This document shows positions 1-8,296 of a DNA stretch of 32,713 bases, piece by piece. Below the pieces are notes generated by a model. It had not been told where the DNA came from. It searched no databases and saw nothing but the letters and a program-made list of their open reading frames with translations. The translations under genes were made by a program, and so were the position numbers. The DNA comes from a virus: the IMG/VR virus record IMGVR_UViG_3300002026_000105; one strand, given 5' to 3'. Every line of letters starts with the position of its first letter. The stretch's first letter is position 1.

Positions 1-91
1 AGCACAAAAGAAAGAAACACCAGTAAAATAGTTTTTTGCACATTATTATTCCTTAAAATTAAGATAAGCTTCTTCACCCCATAACTCTAGG
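1..91. repeat. Terminal overlap identical to 32623..32713 (circular or circularly permuted genome, unique length 32622 bp)
   Basis: Read directly: the same 91 nt (agcacaaaagaaag...ccataactctagg) sit at both window ends. The repeat carries the 3' end of the HNH-AP2 gene and the 5' end of the 131-aa ORF, so reading frames continue across the junction. Confidence 0.95.
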
Positions 92-525
92 GCTTTTACA
101 TCATAAGCTCTAGCAGCATCTTCTGGGGTAGTAAAATAACCTAGAAATAATCTCTTTTCTGTTGAACTTATATAAGCTACATAATTGTTTCTATCTTTTC
201 TAACACCAACACCTTTATATCCAGTAGTATTTGAAGATCTTGGACGTTCTAATCTTCTGGCTAAACTCATATTTTGTTTAGCCTTGATAGAATATTTTTT
301 CCCAATTGTATGTAAATAATTGTGTTGACTATGGGTTAAACACTTAAGATTTTCGATAGTATTATTATTTTTATCTTCATCTAAATGATGAATGCAATAA
401 CCTTTAGGAACTTTACATCCAGTATATTTTTCATAAACATAAACATGTTGATATCCATAAGTTCCATTTTTCCAATAACCATTATTTTGAGTCCAAGTTA
501 TTCCATCTAAGTTTCTATTGTCCAT
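46..525 (-). CDS. HNH homing endonuclease with C-terminal AP2 DNA-binding domain (copy 1)
   Basis: 159-aa ORF. HNH motif HHLDEDKNNNTIENLKCLTHSQHNYLH, then an AP2-type segment GYKGVGVRK...YVAYI...LGYFTTPEDAARAYDVKALELWGEEAYLNF. Paralog of 31034..31468. Confidence 0.85.
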   Translation of the reverse strand: MDNRNLDGITWTQNNGYWKNGTYGYQHVYVYEKYTGCKVPKGYCIHHLDEDKNNNTIENLKCLTHSQHNYLHTIGKKYSIKAKQNMSLARRLERPRSSNTTGYKGVGVRKDRNNYVAYISSTEKRLFLGYFTTPEDAARAYDVKALELWGEEAYLNFKE

Positions 526-538
526 ACTTAATATATGC

Positions 539-721
539 CTATTCAGTCATTAAACTTTGAAGCAATGCATCTTCACCTAAAGTAGATATCTCATCTTTTA
601 ACAAAAGTAAGTCAGTTTCTGCTTTATATAGTGCAGTATTATAGACATTGATATTATCTTGTATAACTTTTATTTCTGACTTTAACCCTATGTATTTCAT
701 AAATATTTCTCTCGTGGTCAT
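539..721 (-). CDS. Hypothetical small helical protein (60 aa)
   Basis: ORF with ATG preceded by GATAAGGAGGAAAG (strong SD), directly after the fibre gene stop. No recognisable family. Confidence 0.6.
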   Translation of the reverse strand: MTTREIFMKYIGLKSEIKVIQDNINVYNTALYKAETDLLLLKDEISTLGEDALLQSLMTE

Positions 722-733
722 CTTTCCTCCTTA

Positions 734-2980
734 TCAATTGTAATGAGCAAAACCTTTTACCAAGGTTCCTGCTGTCTTAGTTTCTAGTGTGTGTAAACAT
801 TCCATAAAATGTTTATCTGTAGCAAATGGTGGTGCTGGTAATACTTCACCAAAACACTTACCAGCTTCAGCTCCAGGATCAGTAGACATACAAGTTCTAC
901 CAAACCAGTTTCTCTCTACATTATTTACGAATAATACTTCTGCAATGCCAGATACTACTACCCACATTAAAGAACCTACTGTTATACCAGCATTGTAAAT
1001 AAACCCAATTGGAGCTGGGTTATCTATAGGGCAAAGTCTAACAGCATTATCAAAGTCAGGGTGTGTAGTCACTACCTTACCCTTTACTGATGTTTCTCCT
1101 GTTTGGTTTATTACAGATACTGCATATCCACCTTCTGGAGTGAGCATTATTTTAGGTGCTATTACTGTACCTCTTATCAAGGTTTCTACAACGGTTGATG
1201 CTCCTAATACCATTTGGTTAGATTTGGTTGTGTGAGCATCTTGACCAATAGCGGTAGAATTAGATATAAAATTGGTTCCACTATTGTTAGCATTATATCC
1301 CAAATATGTACACCTATCACTTTCCCAAGTAGCAAAAGTATTTCTACCAATATGGATACAATCTGTTGTTACCGTATTATTTCCACTAGCAGGGTTTCCT
1401 GAATTAGTACCTATACAAATCTCGTTAGTATTAGTACTACCGCTATATTCCATACCATCTGTTCCACTAGCTGCTCTGTATCCTATAGCTATATTTTGTG
1501 ATATTGGTATCGTACCAGGTGCTGGGTTAGAATATTTACCACCTACCCTTTGTCCTATAAAGACATTATTATTAGATCTAGTAAGGTTATTACCAATATA
1601 ATTACCTAGAGCTATATCACTATACCCATAGTTTTTTAATGGGAATATATCAGAACCTATTAAAACCTCTGTATCATATTTTAAAAATACATTATTAGGT
1701 GATGCTCTACCATTTCCAAACCAAACAGGTTCTATCATCGCACCAATATAAACACCAGAGCTTTCATCATTAAGGCCTAGTTGCATATTCCGTCCAACTT
1801 CATATCCTATAAATACTGCTTCTTGAGCATTACCAGGACTATTTACATCTTCTACCCTCAAGATAACATTTCTTTTACCTGTTGAACCAACAAAACCTGA
1901 AGCTGAAGAAGAAGAAAATATATTTATATTATTAGTATTACCACCTGTATTTACCAGGTTAGTAATTTGGATACCGCTATCTTTTATTATCTTACCAGTT
2001 GTTCCATTAAATGATGCTATAGTATTATTTACAGATGAAGAAGGTCCAGTTACATCTCCACTACTACTTCCACTAGATGATATTACTCCATCTAATATTG
2101 TTATACTAGTTCCATCAACCTTAACACCACCTAAGGTAGTAGTAGAGGCAGTTGGTAAAGTATAAGGAGTTGGAAATGTTACTGATATTTCTCCATCTAG
2201 AACATCAATATTACTTCCAATTGTTACTCCACCTAATACTGAGGCAGTTGCTTTAGGTAAGGTATAAGGTGTTGGAAAAGTTACGCTTATTTCTCCATCT
2301 AAGACATCAATATTACTTCCAATAGTAACACCACCTAATATTGTAGAGGTAGCTTTTGGTAAAACATAAGTACTAGCTCCACTTATTACACCATCAGAGA
2401 TAGTGATACTGGTTCCATCAATTTTTACACCACCTAGGATAGTGGTTGATGCAGTTGGTAATACATAAGGAGCTGGAGGATCAGGAAAAGTTACACTTAT
2501 CTTACCATCTAGAACATCAATATTACTTCCAATAGTAACACCACCAAGTACTGTTGCAGTTGCCTTAGGTAAGGTATATGGTAAAGGGATATCTACACTT
2601 ATTTTTCCACCAGAGATATCTATACCATCACCTATTTTTACACCACCGAGGATAGTATCGGTCGCAACAGGTAGTACATATCCACCTCCACCCGACTCAC
2701 TGAAATACTTAGCATATTGCGTTTGGTTCCATACTTGAATATCTTCATACTCAAAGTAAGGTTGAAAAGACCTAGAAAGGAATACTATGTACTCACTAGT
2801 ATAAGCGTTTACATAGTTCCTTTTAGGTGTCTTAATAGCCAAGATAACATGGTTAGGGTCAGTATCACTTTGGATAGATATTATAGTAGGAAACTCGCTT
2901 ACTATAGCCTGAGCATCTACCAAGGTTCCATCAAAGAACCTGGTAGTTACATAGGCTGCCGTCTTGAACTTGTCTGACAT
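734..2980 (-). CDS. Tail fibre / receptor-binding protein 1 (748 aa)
   Basis: N-terminal 100 aa are homologous to the neighbouring fibre and end in SESGGGG. Six roughly 33-aa repeats follow (Y[VT]LP.A[TS].T.LGGV.IG..IDVLDG.ISV). Further in are YadA/Hep_Hag-like short repeats (NIAIGYRAASG, ICIGTNSGN, STAIGQDAHT..QMVLG) and a distinct C-terminal domain. Confidence 0.85.
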   Translation of the reverse strand: MSDKFKTAAYVTTRFFDGTLVDAQAIVSEFPTIISIQSDTDPNHVILAIKTPKRNYVNAYTSEYIVFLSRSFQPYFEYEDIQVWNQTQYAKYFSESGGGGYVLPVATDTILGGVKIGDGIDISGGKISVDIPLPYTLPKATATVLGGVTIGSNIDVLDGKISVTFPDPPAPYVLPTASTTILGGVKIDGTSITISDGVISGASTYVLPKATSTILGGVTIGSNIDVLDGEISVTFPTPYTLPKATASVLGGVTIGSNIDVLDGEISVTFPTPYTLPTASTTTLGGVKVDGTSITILDGVISSSGSSSGDVTGPSSSVNNTIASFNGTTGKIIKDSGIQITNLVNTGGNTNNINIFSSSSASGFVGSTGKRNVILRVEDVNSPGNAQEAVFIGYEVGRNMQLGLNDESSGVYIGAMIEPVWFGNGRASPNNVFLKYDTEVLIGSDIFPLKNYGYSDIALGNYIGNNLTRSNNNVFIGQRVGGKYSNPAPGTIPISQNIAIGYRAASGTDGMEYSGSTNTNEICIGTNSGNPASGNNTVTTDCIHIGRNTFATWESDRCTYLGYNANNSGTNFISNSTAIGQDAHTTKSNQMVLGASTVVETLIRGTVIAPKIMLTPEGGYAVSVINQTGETSVKGKVVTTHPDFDNAVRLCPIDNPAPIGFIYNAGITVGSLMWVVVSGIAEVLFVNNVERNWFGRTCMSTDPGAEAGKCFGEVLPAPPFATDKHFMECLHTLETKTAGTLVKGFAHYN
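2081..2680 (-). repeat. Six tandem ~99-102 nt coding repeats inside fibre gene 1
   Basis: Near-identical DNA blocks are visible, e.g. ccatctagaacatcaatattacttccaat(a/t)gt(a/t)ac(a/t)ccacc. They correspond to aa 101-300 of the fibre. Confidence 0.85.
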
Positions 2981-2993
2981 TATTACCTACCTT

Positions 2994-4328
2994 TTAAGAT
3001 AACCAATTTAATGTTACACTCTTGATCCTTATTTCATTTCCACCATCTGGAGCTGATCTATCACAAGCTAAACCTGTAAGTATAAAAGGCACTGCAGTAG
3101 ATATATAACCTGTCATAGATACGGTATCTACAACTGAAGATGTCTGTGTAACGGTCATATCAAGCTTTAAGTCATCTTCACCCATTATTTCCACTGACAT
3201 AATACCACTAGTCTCATATAAACCTGTAGCAGTAATAGGGGTAACACTTAGTGTTATTTCTTGAACACCATCTTCTAAAAGAGCTACAAGAGTTTCAGGA
3301 ACAACATAGGTTTGAACATCATAAACTATTTTATATTGTGCTATCCTACCAGTTGCCCATTGGATATTGTCTAGATTACCTCTCTTATTTTTTGTTAGTG
3401 ACAGTATTGCTTCACCTTCTTGGAGGTCTACATTCATTACAGAGTAAATAAAGGTATCAGCAGAAAGTTTATTATCTGTATTAAGATATAAAGCATCACC
3501 AATTTTTAATCCACCAAGGGTTGTTTCTGTTGCAACCTCAAGAGATATATTACCAGCAACATCAACTAGGATACCTGGTGCTGTAGAATTGGCAGCTCTA
3601 CCAGGAACAGGGATAGAGTACTCATCAAAACCTGTCATACTTTCCCAAAGACCTGTACCAATTGGTGTAGAGAAATAAGCATTAGAACCTGGTCCTACCA
3701 TTTCTGATACTATCTCTATACCAGTAAGACCGATAGTAAAGGTAATAGGTGACTCATTAAATAAGCCAATAAGATCTCCTAAAGTAGAAGTAGCAGCAGT
3801 AAGTCCATTTTCTGGTAAGGTAAAGCTAGGAGCTGCTGGAGGTTGTTCATCAATGTGCATCACAAATGAGTAACTTGTAATATCATCTAGACCTAAATCT
3901 GCAAGGGTATCTGTCAATGCAGGGACTGTGGTAAATAGTATCTCTGAAGAACCCTGTGTAGCAGGAGTATAAACTCCATCTTTGATCATTACAGAACCTA
4001 GGGTATCAGCGGTAGCAGGGTCGCCACTGCCACCTCCTCCTGACTCTGAAAAGTATTTGGCGTATTGTGTTTCATTCCAAACTTGGATATCATCGTACTC
4101 AAAACCTGGTAGATCTGAAGTTGATAAGAACACGATATATTGATCAGCATAGGCATTAAGATAAATACCAGCGGGTGTTTTTACCGCCAAGATAACTGAC
4201 CTGATATCGGTTTGATCCTGGATACTGATAATTTCTGGGTACAGTGCTACCAATGCTTCTGCATCTAGGATAGCTCCTGAAAATAATATAGGGTCTGAAT
4301 ATGCAGCCGTTTTAAACTTGTTTGACAT
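2994..4328 (-). CDS. Tail fibre / receptor-binding protein 2 (444 aa)
   Basis: The first ~100 aa align with fibre 1 (MS.KFKTAAY...YIVFLS.S..P.FEY.DIQVWN.TQYAKYFSESGGGG). One LGG.KIG repeat is present (TETTLGGLKIGD) and the C-terminus is unrelated. SD AAAAAGGAGATACAAA precedes the ATG. Confidence 0.8.
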   Translation of the reverse strand: MSNKFKTAAYSDPILFSGAILDAEALVALYPEIISIQDQTDIRSVILAVKTPAGIYLNAYADQYIVFLSTSDLPGFEYDDIQVWNETQYAKYFSESGGGGSGDPATADTLGSVMIKDGVYTPATQGSSEILFTTVPALTDTLADLGLDDITSYSFVMHIDEQPPAAPSFTLPENGLTAATSTLGDLIGLFNESPITFTIGLTGIEIVSEMVGPGSNAYFSTPIGTGLWESMTGFDEYSIPVPGRAANSTAPGILVDVAGNISLEVATETTLGGLKIGDALYLNTDNKLSADTFIYSVMNVDLQEGEAILSLTKNKRGNLDNIQWATGRIAQYKIVYDVQTYVVPETLVALLEDGVQEITLSVTPITATGLYETSGIMSVEIMGEDDLKLDMTVTQTSSVVDTVSMTGYISTAVPFILTGLACDRSAPDGGNEIRIKSVTLNWLS

Positions 4329-4443
4329 TTTGTATCTCCTTTTTCTGACTTAAAATATGCTTTAGCATCTCTTCTCTCTCTTTCTCAGGTACATCAGGGT
4401 GTAATATCCTAATGGCCTCTCTTAACCTTTCCTCATTACTCAT
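4312..4443 (-). CDS. Hypothetical 43-aa protein (below the ORF-track cutoff)
   Basis: Hand translation gives MSNEERLREAIRILHPDVPEKEREEMLKHILSQKKEIQNVKQV. Its ATG overlaps the upstream stop (ATGA) and its end overlaps the fibre start by 17 nt. Confidence 0.4.
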   Translation of the reverse strand: MSNEERLREAIRILHPDVPEKEREEMLKHILSQKKEIQNVKQV

Positions 4444-4610
4444 TTTACCAATATTTTTTCTATCAACCTTGAAGATATTACGAATACGCCTATATAAAAA
4501 AAGTATTGACTCTCTAAACTTTTATTATAGACTAGGATACAAGAGGTAATAAAAAATAACCCCTTCATGGATATTAGCTTAATAGCCAGATCTTTGAACC
4601 TCTTGAACAT
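4440..4610 (-). CDS. Small membrane protein, holin-like candidate (56 aa)
   Basis: The internal ATG at 4610 has AGGAGGTTAAGT upstream. The track ORF's 5' extension overlaps the previous gene. Two short hydrophobic stretches are present (GLFFITSCILVY, YFFYIGVFVISS). It sits directly after the putative lysin. Confidence 0.45.
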   Translation of the reverse strand: MFKRFKDLAIKLISMKGLFFITSCILVYNKSLESQYFFYIGVFVISSRLIEKILVK

Positions 4611-4612
4611 AC

Positions 4613-5074
4613 TTAACCTCCTATATAATACCAAATGGTATAAAATGGTTTAATACAGTGTATCTCAGGTTGGTGTGGATCCCAAAGTAATTTACCTTCT
4701 TTATCTACTAACCTGAAATGTGTTTTACTAGGTCCATTTTGTTCTATCTTTTGGATCCTAGCTTTAACATCTTGAAACTTTTTATTAGTCATAACCCAAG
4801 GGTAGAATCCACTTGCAGAGGTTCCTACTTCTATCACCTGTTTCTCTACACCTAACTTTCTATAGGCTAGAGAGATAATATTAGCGGACATCTTGATATT
4901 ATCTTCTTTATTTATATACCCAAATTGCTTACAAATATCCCAAATCCTACTGTGGTCTTCAAGAGAAAAATATTTACCTACATCCATTTCAGCAATAGCT
5001 AAACAGCTTTTGAAAAAACAACCTATCCTGGAGATTTCATCTCTCATACCAGGAGAGTTTTGATGCAATATCAT
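4613..5074 (-). CDS. Putative cell-wall hydrolase (papain-like Cys/His signature), 153 aa
   Basis: Its ATG overlaps the upstream stop (ATGA). Candidate catalytic residues are C19 (RIGCFF), H119 (KTHFRLVD) and D132 (WDP). It is flanked by two membrane proteins. The function is inferred from position and residue pattern only. Confidence 0.4.
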   Translation of the reverse strand: MILHQNSPGMRDEISRIGCFFKSCLAIAEMDVGKYFSLEDHSRIWDICKQFGYINKEDNIKMSANIISLAYRKLGVEKQVIEVGTSASGFYPWVMTNKKFQDVKARIQKIEQNGPSKTHFRLVDKEGKLLWDPHQPEIHCIKPFYTIWYYIGG

Positions 5075-5610
5075 GTCATTACCCCCTTAAGAAACCACTC
5101 TTTTAACAGAAATAATATAAAGGCTACTATACCTGATGCTAGAGAGGTATATACTACCACCCTGAATATCTTCATAAACCCATCTATAATTGCTGCCTTA
5201 CCTCTTAAAGAAGCTTTATCTTGATCATCTTTTAACTTGTATAACTCTTTTTTAATATTTAATAGTTCTTCCTTATATGCAACTAGTGTTGTCTTCATAA
5301 GGTTTATATCTTCTAGATACCTATCATATTCTCTGATATTATTCTCGTGTTTATTTACCTTTTCTATAAGTTCAAGATGCTCCTCTTCATTTTGTATCAA
5401 GGTATTTTGTACAATTTGTAACTTGTCTCCTATCTTGGTATCCAAATTACTTATTTTATCTTTCACACTTTCCAGAGATATTTCTACATTTTCTTTCAGT
5501 GACTCAACTGATGCAATAAGTTTGAACACGCTCTGTTGTATTTCCATTGAGTCTCTCCTTCTGTCGAGTACAAAATTACCAGCAGTATCCCTGACATACA
5601 TATCGTTCAA
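5071..5610 (-). CDS. Coiled-coil protein with C-terminal TM anchor (179 aa), lysis-cassette member
   Basis: TTG start with GGAGGAGGCACC upstream. A long heptad-rich region is followed by the hydrophobic tail VVVYTSLASGIVAFILFLL. Confidence 0.6.
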   Translation of the reverse strand: MNDMYVRDTAGNFVLDRRRDSMEIQQSVFKLIASVESLKENVEISLESVKDKISNLDTKIGDKLQIVQNTLIQNEEEHLELIEKVNKHENNIREYDRYLEDINLMKTTLVAYKEELLNIKKELYKLKDDQDKASLRGKAAIIDGFMKIFRVVVYTSLASGIVAFILFLLKEWFLKGVMT

Positions 5611-5753
5611 GGTGCCTCCTCCAATAGTGTAACCCTATCGTTTAATTCTTGTATAATACTAACCAGTTCATTTATCTTTCTTAAAAGATCTAGATCAGCT
5701 TTTTGTATCTCTTCTTTTGTATTAGTTTGGACTAATAGGGTACTATCAAACAT
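5607..5753 (-). CDS. Hypothetical 48-aa helical protein (below the ORF-track cutoff)
   Basis: Hand translation gives MFDSTLLVQTNTKEEIQKADLDLLRKINELVSIIQELNDRVTLLEEAP. It overlaps the upstream stop (ATGTTTGA), and its TGA overlaps the downstream TTG start (TTGA). Confidence 0.4.
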   Translation of the reverse strand: MFDSTLLVQTNTKEEIQKADLDLLRKINELVSIIQELNDRVTLLEEAP

Positions 5754-6006
5754 TGCTCCCCCAGTTTCCTTCTGTTCCCATTGCTGCTACCACACCACTA
5801 TCTTGTTGGGCAGCAGTTGGTCCTTTAGGTTTAGTTGGTGGGAGGCCTGGGTTGAATATCCTTTGTGCTTCTGCTGCAACTCTAACATTCCCCATAGTAC
5901 GGATAGCGTGTTTACTCTCCTTTATCTCTGGTTTAGTCATCACCTCATTAGCTGTAGGGTCTTTTTTAGGTTGTTCTAATTCTAGTAATTTATCTATGAT
6001 ACCCAT
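5746..6006 (-). CDS. Hypothetical protein (86 aa)
   Basis: ORF with TATAAGGAGAAGAT upstream of the ATG. No family recognised. Confidence 0.6.
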   Translation of the reverse strand: MGIIDKLLELEQPKKDPTANEVMTKPEIKESKHAIRTMGNVRVAAEAQRIFNPGLPPTKPKGPTAAQQDSGVVAAMGTEGNWGSNV

Positions 6007-6015
6007 ATCTTCTCC

Positions 6016-8286
6016 TTATACCAACCCCATAGAAACCAGGTCTTGGTATCCTAGGGAATATTTATTTGATAATAACTCTATGAGTATATCTCTCTTCTCT
6101 TTAGCATTAGCTGGTAAGGCAGTGATGGCAGCAATATCCGCCTTAATAGTATCTATGGCAACCTTGGTAGGAACATCACCTTCATTGGTAACAAGAGAGG
6201 CTATCATATTCACAAGATCTAATTGTTTCTTGGCCTTGAGAGCTTTATCTTCCTTGCTTATACCAAATTGGTTTTTGGAGTATATCTCATCTAGATTGAT
6301 ATCTTGTAATTGAGCAGAGACACCAAGATCTCTAAGAAACTTGGCTCTCTCTTTTTTATCAGAGTAAAGGAATACGGCTGCTTTTTGTGGAGAGAAACCA
6401 TCTGTCTTAGCTCCAACAGCGGCTACATAATCTTCAAATGTCATCGTCTTTGCAAAGTTCTTTTCCCAATATGTTCTCATCTTAGAAGTAAGTTTATCCA
6501 TATAAACAGGTCCATACTTGGCTTCTTTCTCTACTGCTGCTTCAGCCTCTTGAGGTTTAAAACCGGTTTCCTCTGTATATTTCTCTTGAGCTTGTATTAC
6601 CTTTTCATCAGGTTGTATTTCACCTAACTCCTCTCTTGTTTCCTGAGGTGTTTCTTCTGTCCTCATTACGGCAGTGATGCGTTCTAATAATGCAGGGATA
6701 TCAGCTTTATTCGCTACAAAACCTATTTTTGATAAAGCATCCATAATACCAGCTTTATTGATAGCAGAGGCAGCAGCACCTTTACCATAATTTACGCCAG
6801 CATTTACACCTTTATTAAGGGCAGCGCCTGCGACTATACCTCCTATAAGTTTTAATGCTGATGGAGTCCAAGTTGAAGAATCTTCAGGATCAAAACCTTG
6901 TAAAGCCACTCCACCACCTACTGTACCTACCACATTTCCGATAATATTACTACCACTACCTGTTTTATTAAGAGCATTTATCATGGCTTGTTTACTGGCT
7001 GTATCAGAACCAGCTGATGACCTACTTATACCCATCTTTTCATTGGCAACGAATTGTCTCAATGGTTGTATATTTTTCCAATCTTCTTTATATAGTCTGT
7101 ACATCGGGTCAATAGCTAATATCCTATCTTCTAGTACATTCTTTATAGAGTGAGCAACATCTCCAAACTCTGATGCGGCTCTATCTGTACTCTTGTTAGC
7201 AAACTTTATTTCACCTGTAAGAGCTTGTTTAATATCCATAAGGGTGTCTTTAGAATCTAACTTTTTAATAAAGGCATCTACCGTACTTTGTCCATAATCT
7301 TGTACATAATTTTTTACAACAGGATCGTCCATTATCTCTTGTCTTAAAGATCCTATAGTAGTTCCTGACTTTTCAAATACATCATCCAAGGCTTCAAACT
7401 TCTTACCTGTACCTTGGATAAATGCTTGACCTTCATCAGCGTTAAGAATATCATTTTCTTTTAATACTTTTAATAGAGACTTTTTAACATCATCAGCATT
7501 GTTGATAGCATGACCAGTTTTATTAAGACCAAAGTTTCTAGCTGTTTCATTCATCGCCCTCTTGATATCTTTTGTAGCAAAACCTCTTGCTGCTAATTCA
7601 GCATCAACTAGGCTATCTGTTAAAGGTTTAGTAAAGTCTTCACCCTTATTTATTAAACCAGCACTTCTGGATATGCTAGGTAAAACAGAAGCAACCCCTC
7701 CTATACCAGAACCTAAAGCAACAGCGAGGCCTGCGTCTTTAAGATCGGTTTCACCTGATAATAATCTTGGTGCCACTTGTGCTCCACTTTGTACTGCGCC
7801 TCTCCCTGCTCCTTGAGCCACACCCTTCAAACCTTTAACATCTTTATATACACCTGTTGCTCCTAAAAAGTCAGATGCCTTATCAGCAGCCGAAGCTATC
7901 TTGGCCCCTTTACTTCCTAATTTCAAAGCCCCTTTACTGAGTAATTTAGTAGCAGCGAGAGGAGCATCAGCTACTAACCCTCCTACCATACCTATACCAG
8001 AGGCTAATTTGTTTCTTTCTCTCATCGCTTGTAATTTCTTGTAGGTATCAGAGGATGAAGACTTTACTAGAACATCAGGAACCCCTAATAACATACTATT
8101 AAGAGCATCATAAGAAGCAACCCCAATATCTTCTCCACTGAACTTGCCATCATCATACTTGAGGTACTTGTTTTCTTGACCTAATATTTTATTATTTTCA
8201 TCTATCTGTTCTTGGGTCATCTTACCCCTAGGGTCGTACTTTACTGTAGGGGCGGGTAAATTATCCCAAAAAGTTTTGTCTGCCAT
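6016..8286 (-). CDS. Large virion-internal / ejection-like protein with Gly/Ala-rich membrane-like segments (756 aa)
   Basis: The true start is MADKTFWDN, with AATAAGGAGACCATT upstream. The track ORF's 17 extra codons overlap the previous gene. Glycine-zipper-like stretches are present (GIGMVGGLVADAPLAA, LAVALGSGIGGVASVL, IGNVVGTVGGGVAL, LIGGIVAGAALNKGVNAG). Confidence 0.6.
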   Translation of the reverse strand: MADKTFWDNLPAPTVKYDPRGKMTQEQIDENNKILGQENKYLKYDDGKFSGEDIGVASYDALNSMLLGVPDVLVKSSSSDTYKKLQAMRERNKLASGIGMVGGLVADAPLAATKLLSKGALKLGSKGAKIASAADKASDFLGATGVYKDVKGLKGVAQGAGRGAVQSGAQVAPRLLSGETDLKDAGLAVALGSGIGGVASVLPSISRSAGLINKGEDFTKPLTDSLVDAELAARGFATKDIKRAMNETARNFGLNKTGHAINNADDVKKSLLKVLKENDILNADEGQAFIQGTGKKFEALDDVFEKSGTTIGSLRQEIMDDPVVKNYVQDYGQSTVDAFIKKLDSKDTLMDIKQALTGEIKFANKSTDRAASEFGDVAHSIKNVLEDRILAIDPMYRLYKEDWKNIQPLRQFVANEKMGISRSSAGSDTASKQAMINALNKTGSGSNIIGNVVGTVGGGVALQGFDPEDSSTWTPSALKLIGGIVAGAALNKGVNAGVNYGKGAAASAINKAGIMDALSKIGFVANKADIPALLERITAVMRTEETPQETREELGEIQPDEKVIQAQEKYTEETGFKPQEAEAAVEKEAKYGPVYMDKLTSKMRTYWEKNFAKTMTFEDYVAAVGAKTDGFSPQKAAVFLYSDKKERAKFLRDLGVSAQLQDINLDEIYSKNQFGISKEDKALKAKKQLDLVNMIASLVTNEGDVPTKVAIDTIKADIAAITALPANAKEKRDILIELLSNKYSLGYQDLVSMGLV

Positions 8287-8296
8287 AATGGTCTCC

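Noticed and set aside
734-2980. Diversity-generating retroelement targeting the fibre C-terminus
   Set aside because: No reverse transcriptase gene and no template-repeat/variable-repeat pair with A-specific mismatches could be found. The repeats in the fibre are in-frame tandem structural repeats.
4490-4535. Plus-strand TTGACT ... TATTAT/TATAGA promoter-like sequence inside the holin-like gene
   Set aside because: The spacing is suboptimal (12-15 nt), it lies inside a minus-strand coding region, and there is no plausible plus-strand gene downstream.
4611-4634. 5' extension of the 64-aa track ORF 4440..4634
   Set aside because: It overlaps the end of the lysin-like gene, whereas the ATG at 4610 has AGGAGG 6 nt upstream.
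5753-6313. 186-aa plus-strand ORF, and the other plus-strand ORFs in the track (789-998, 1214-1601, 2717-2977, 3251-3451, 5237-5632, 6310-6627, 7562-7816, 8981-9199, 14119-14337, 14584-14784, 17179-17625, 17655-17849, 18464-18751, 19424-19636, 19754-19978, 26013-26231, 28381-28590, 31535-31717, 32089-32313)
   Set aside because: All are antisense to well-supported minus-strand genes. They lack SD sites, have low-complexity Ser/Leu/Ile/Cys-rich translations, and none has a recognisable motif. The genome is otherwise strictly unidirectional.
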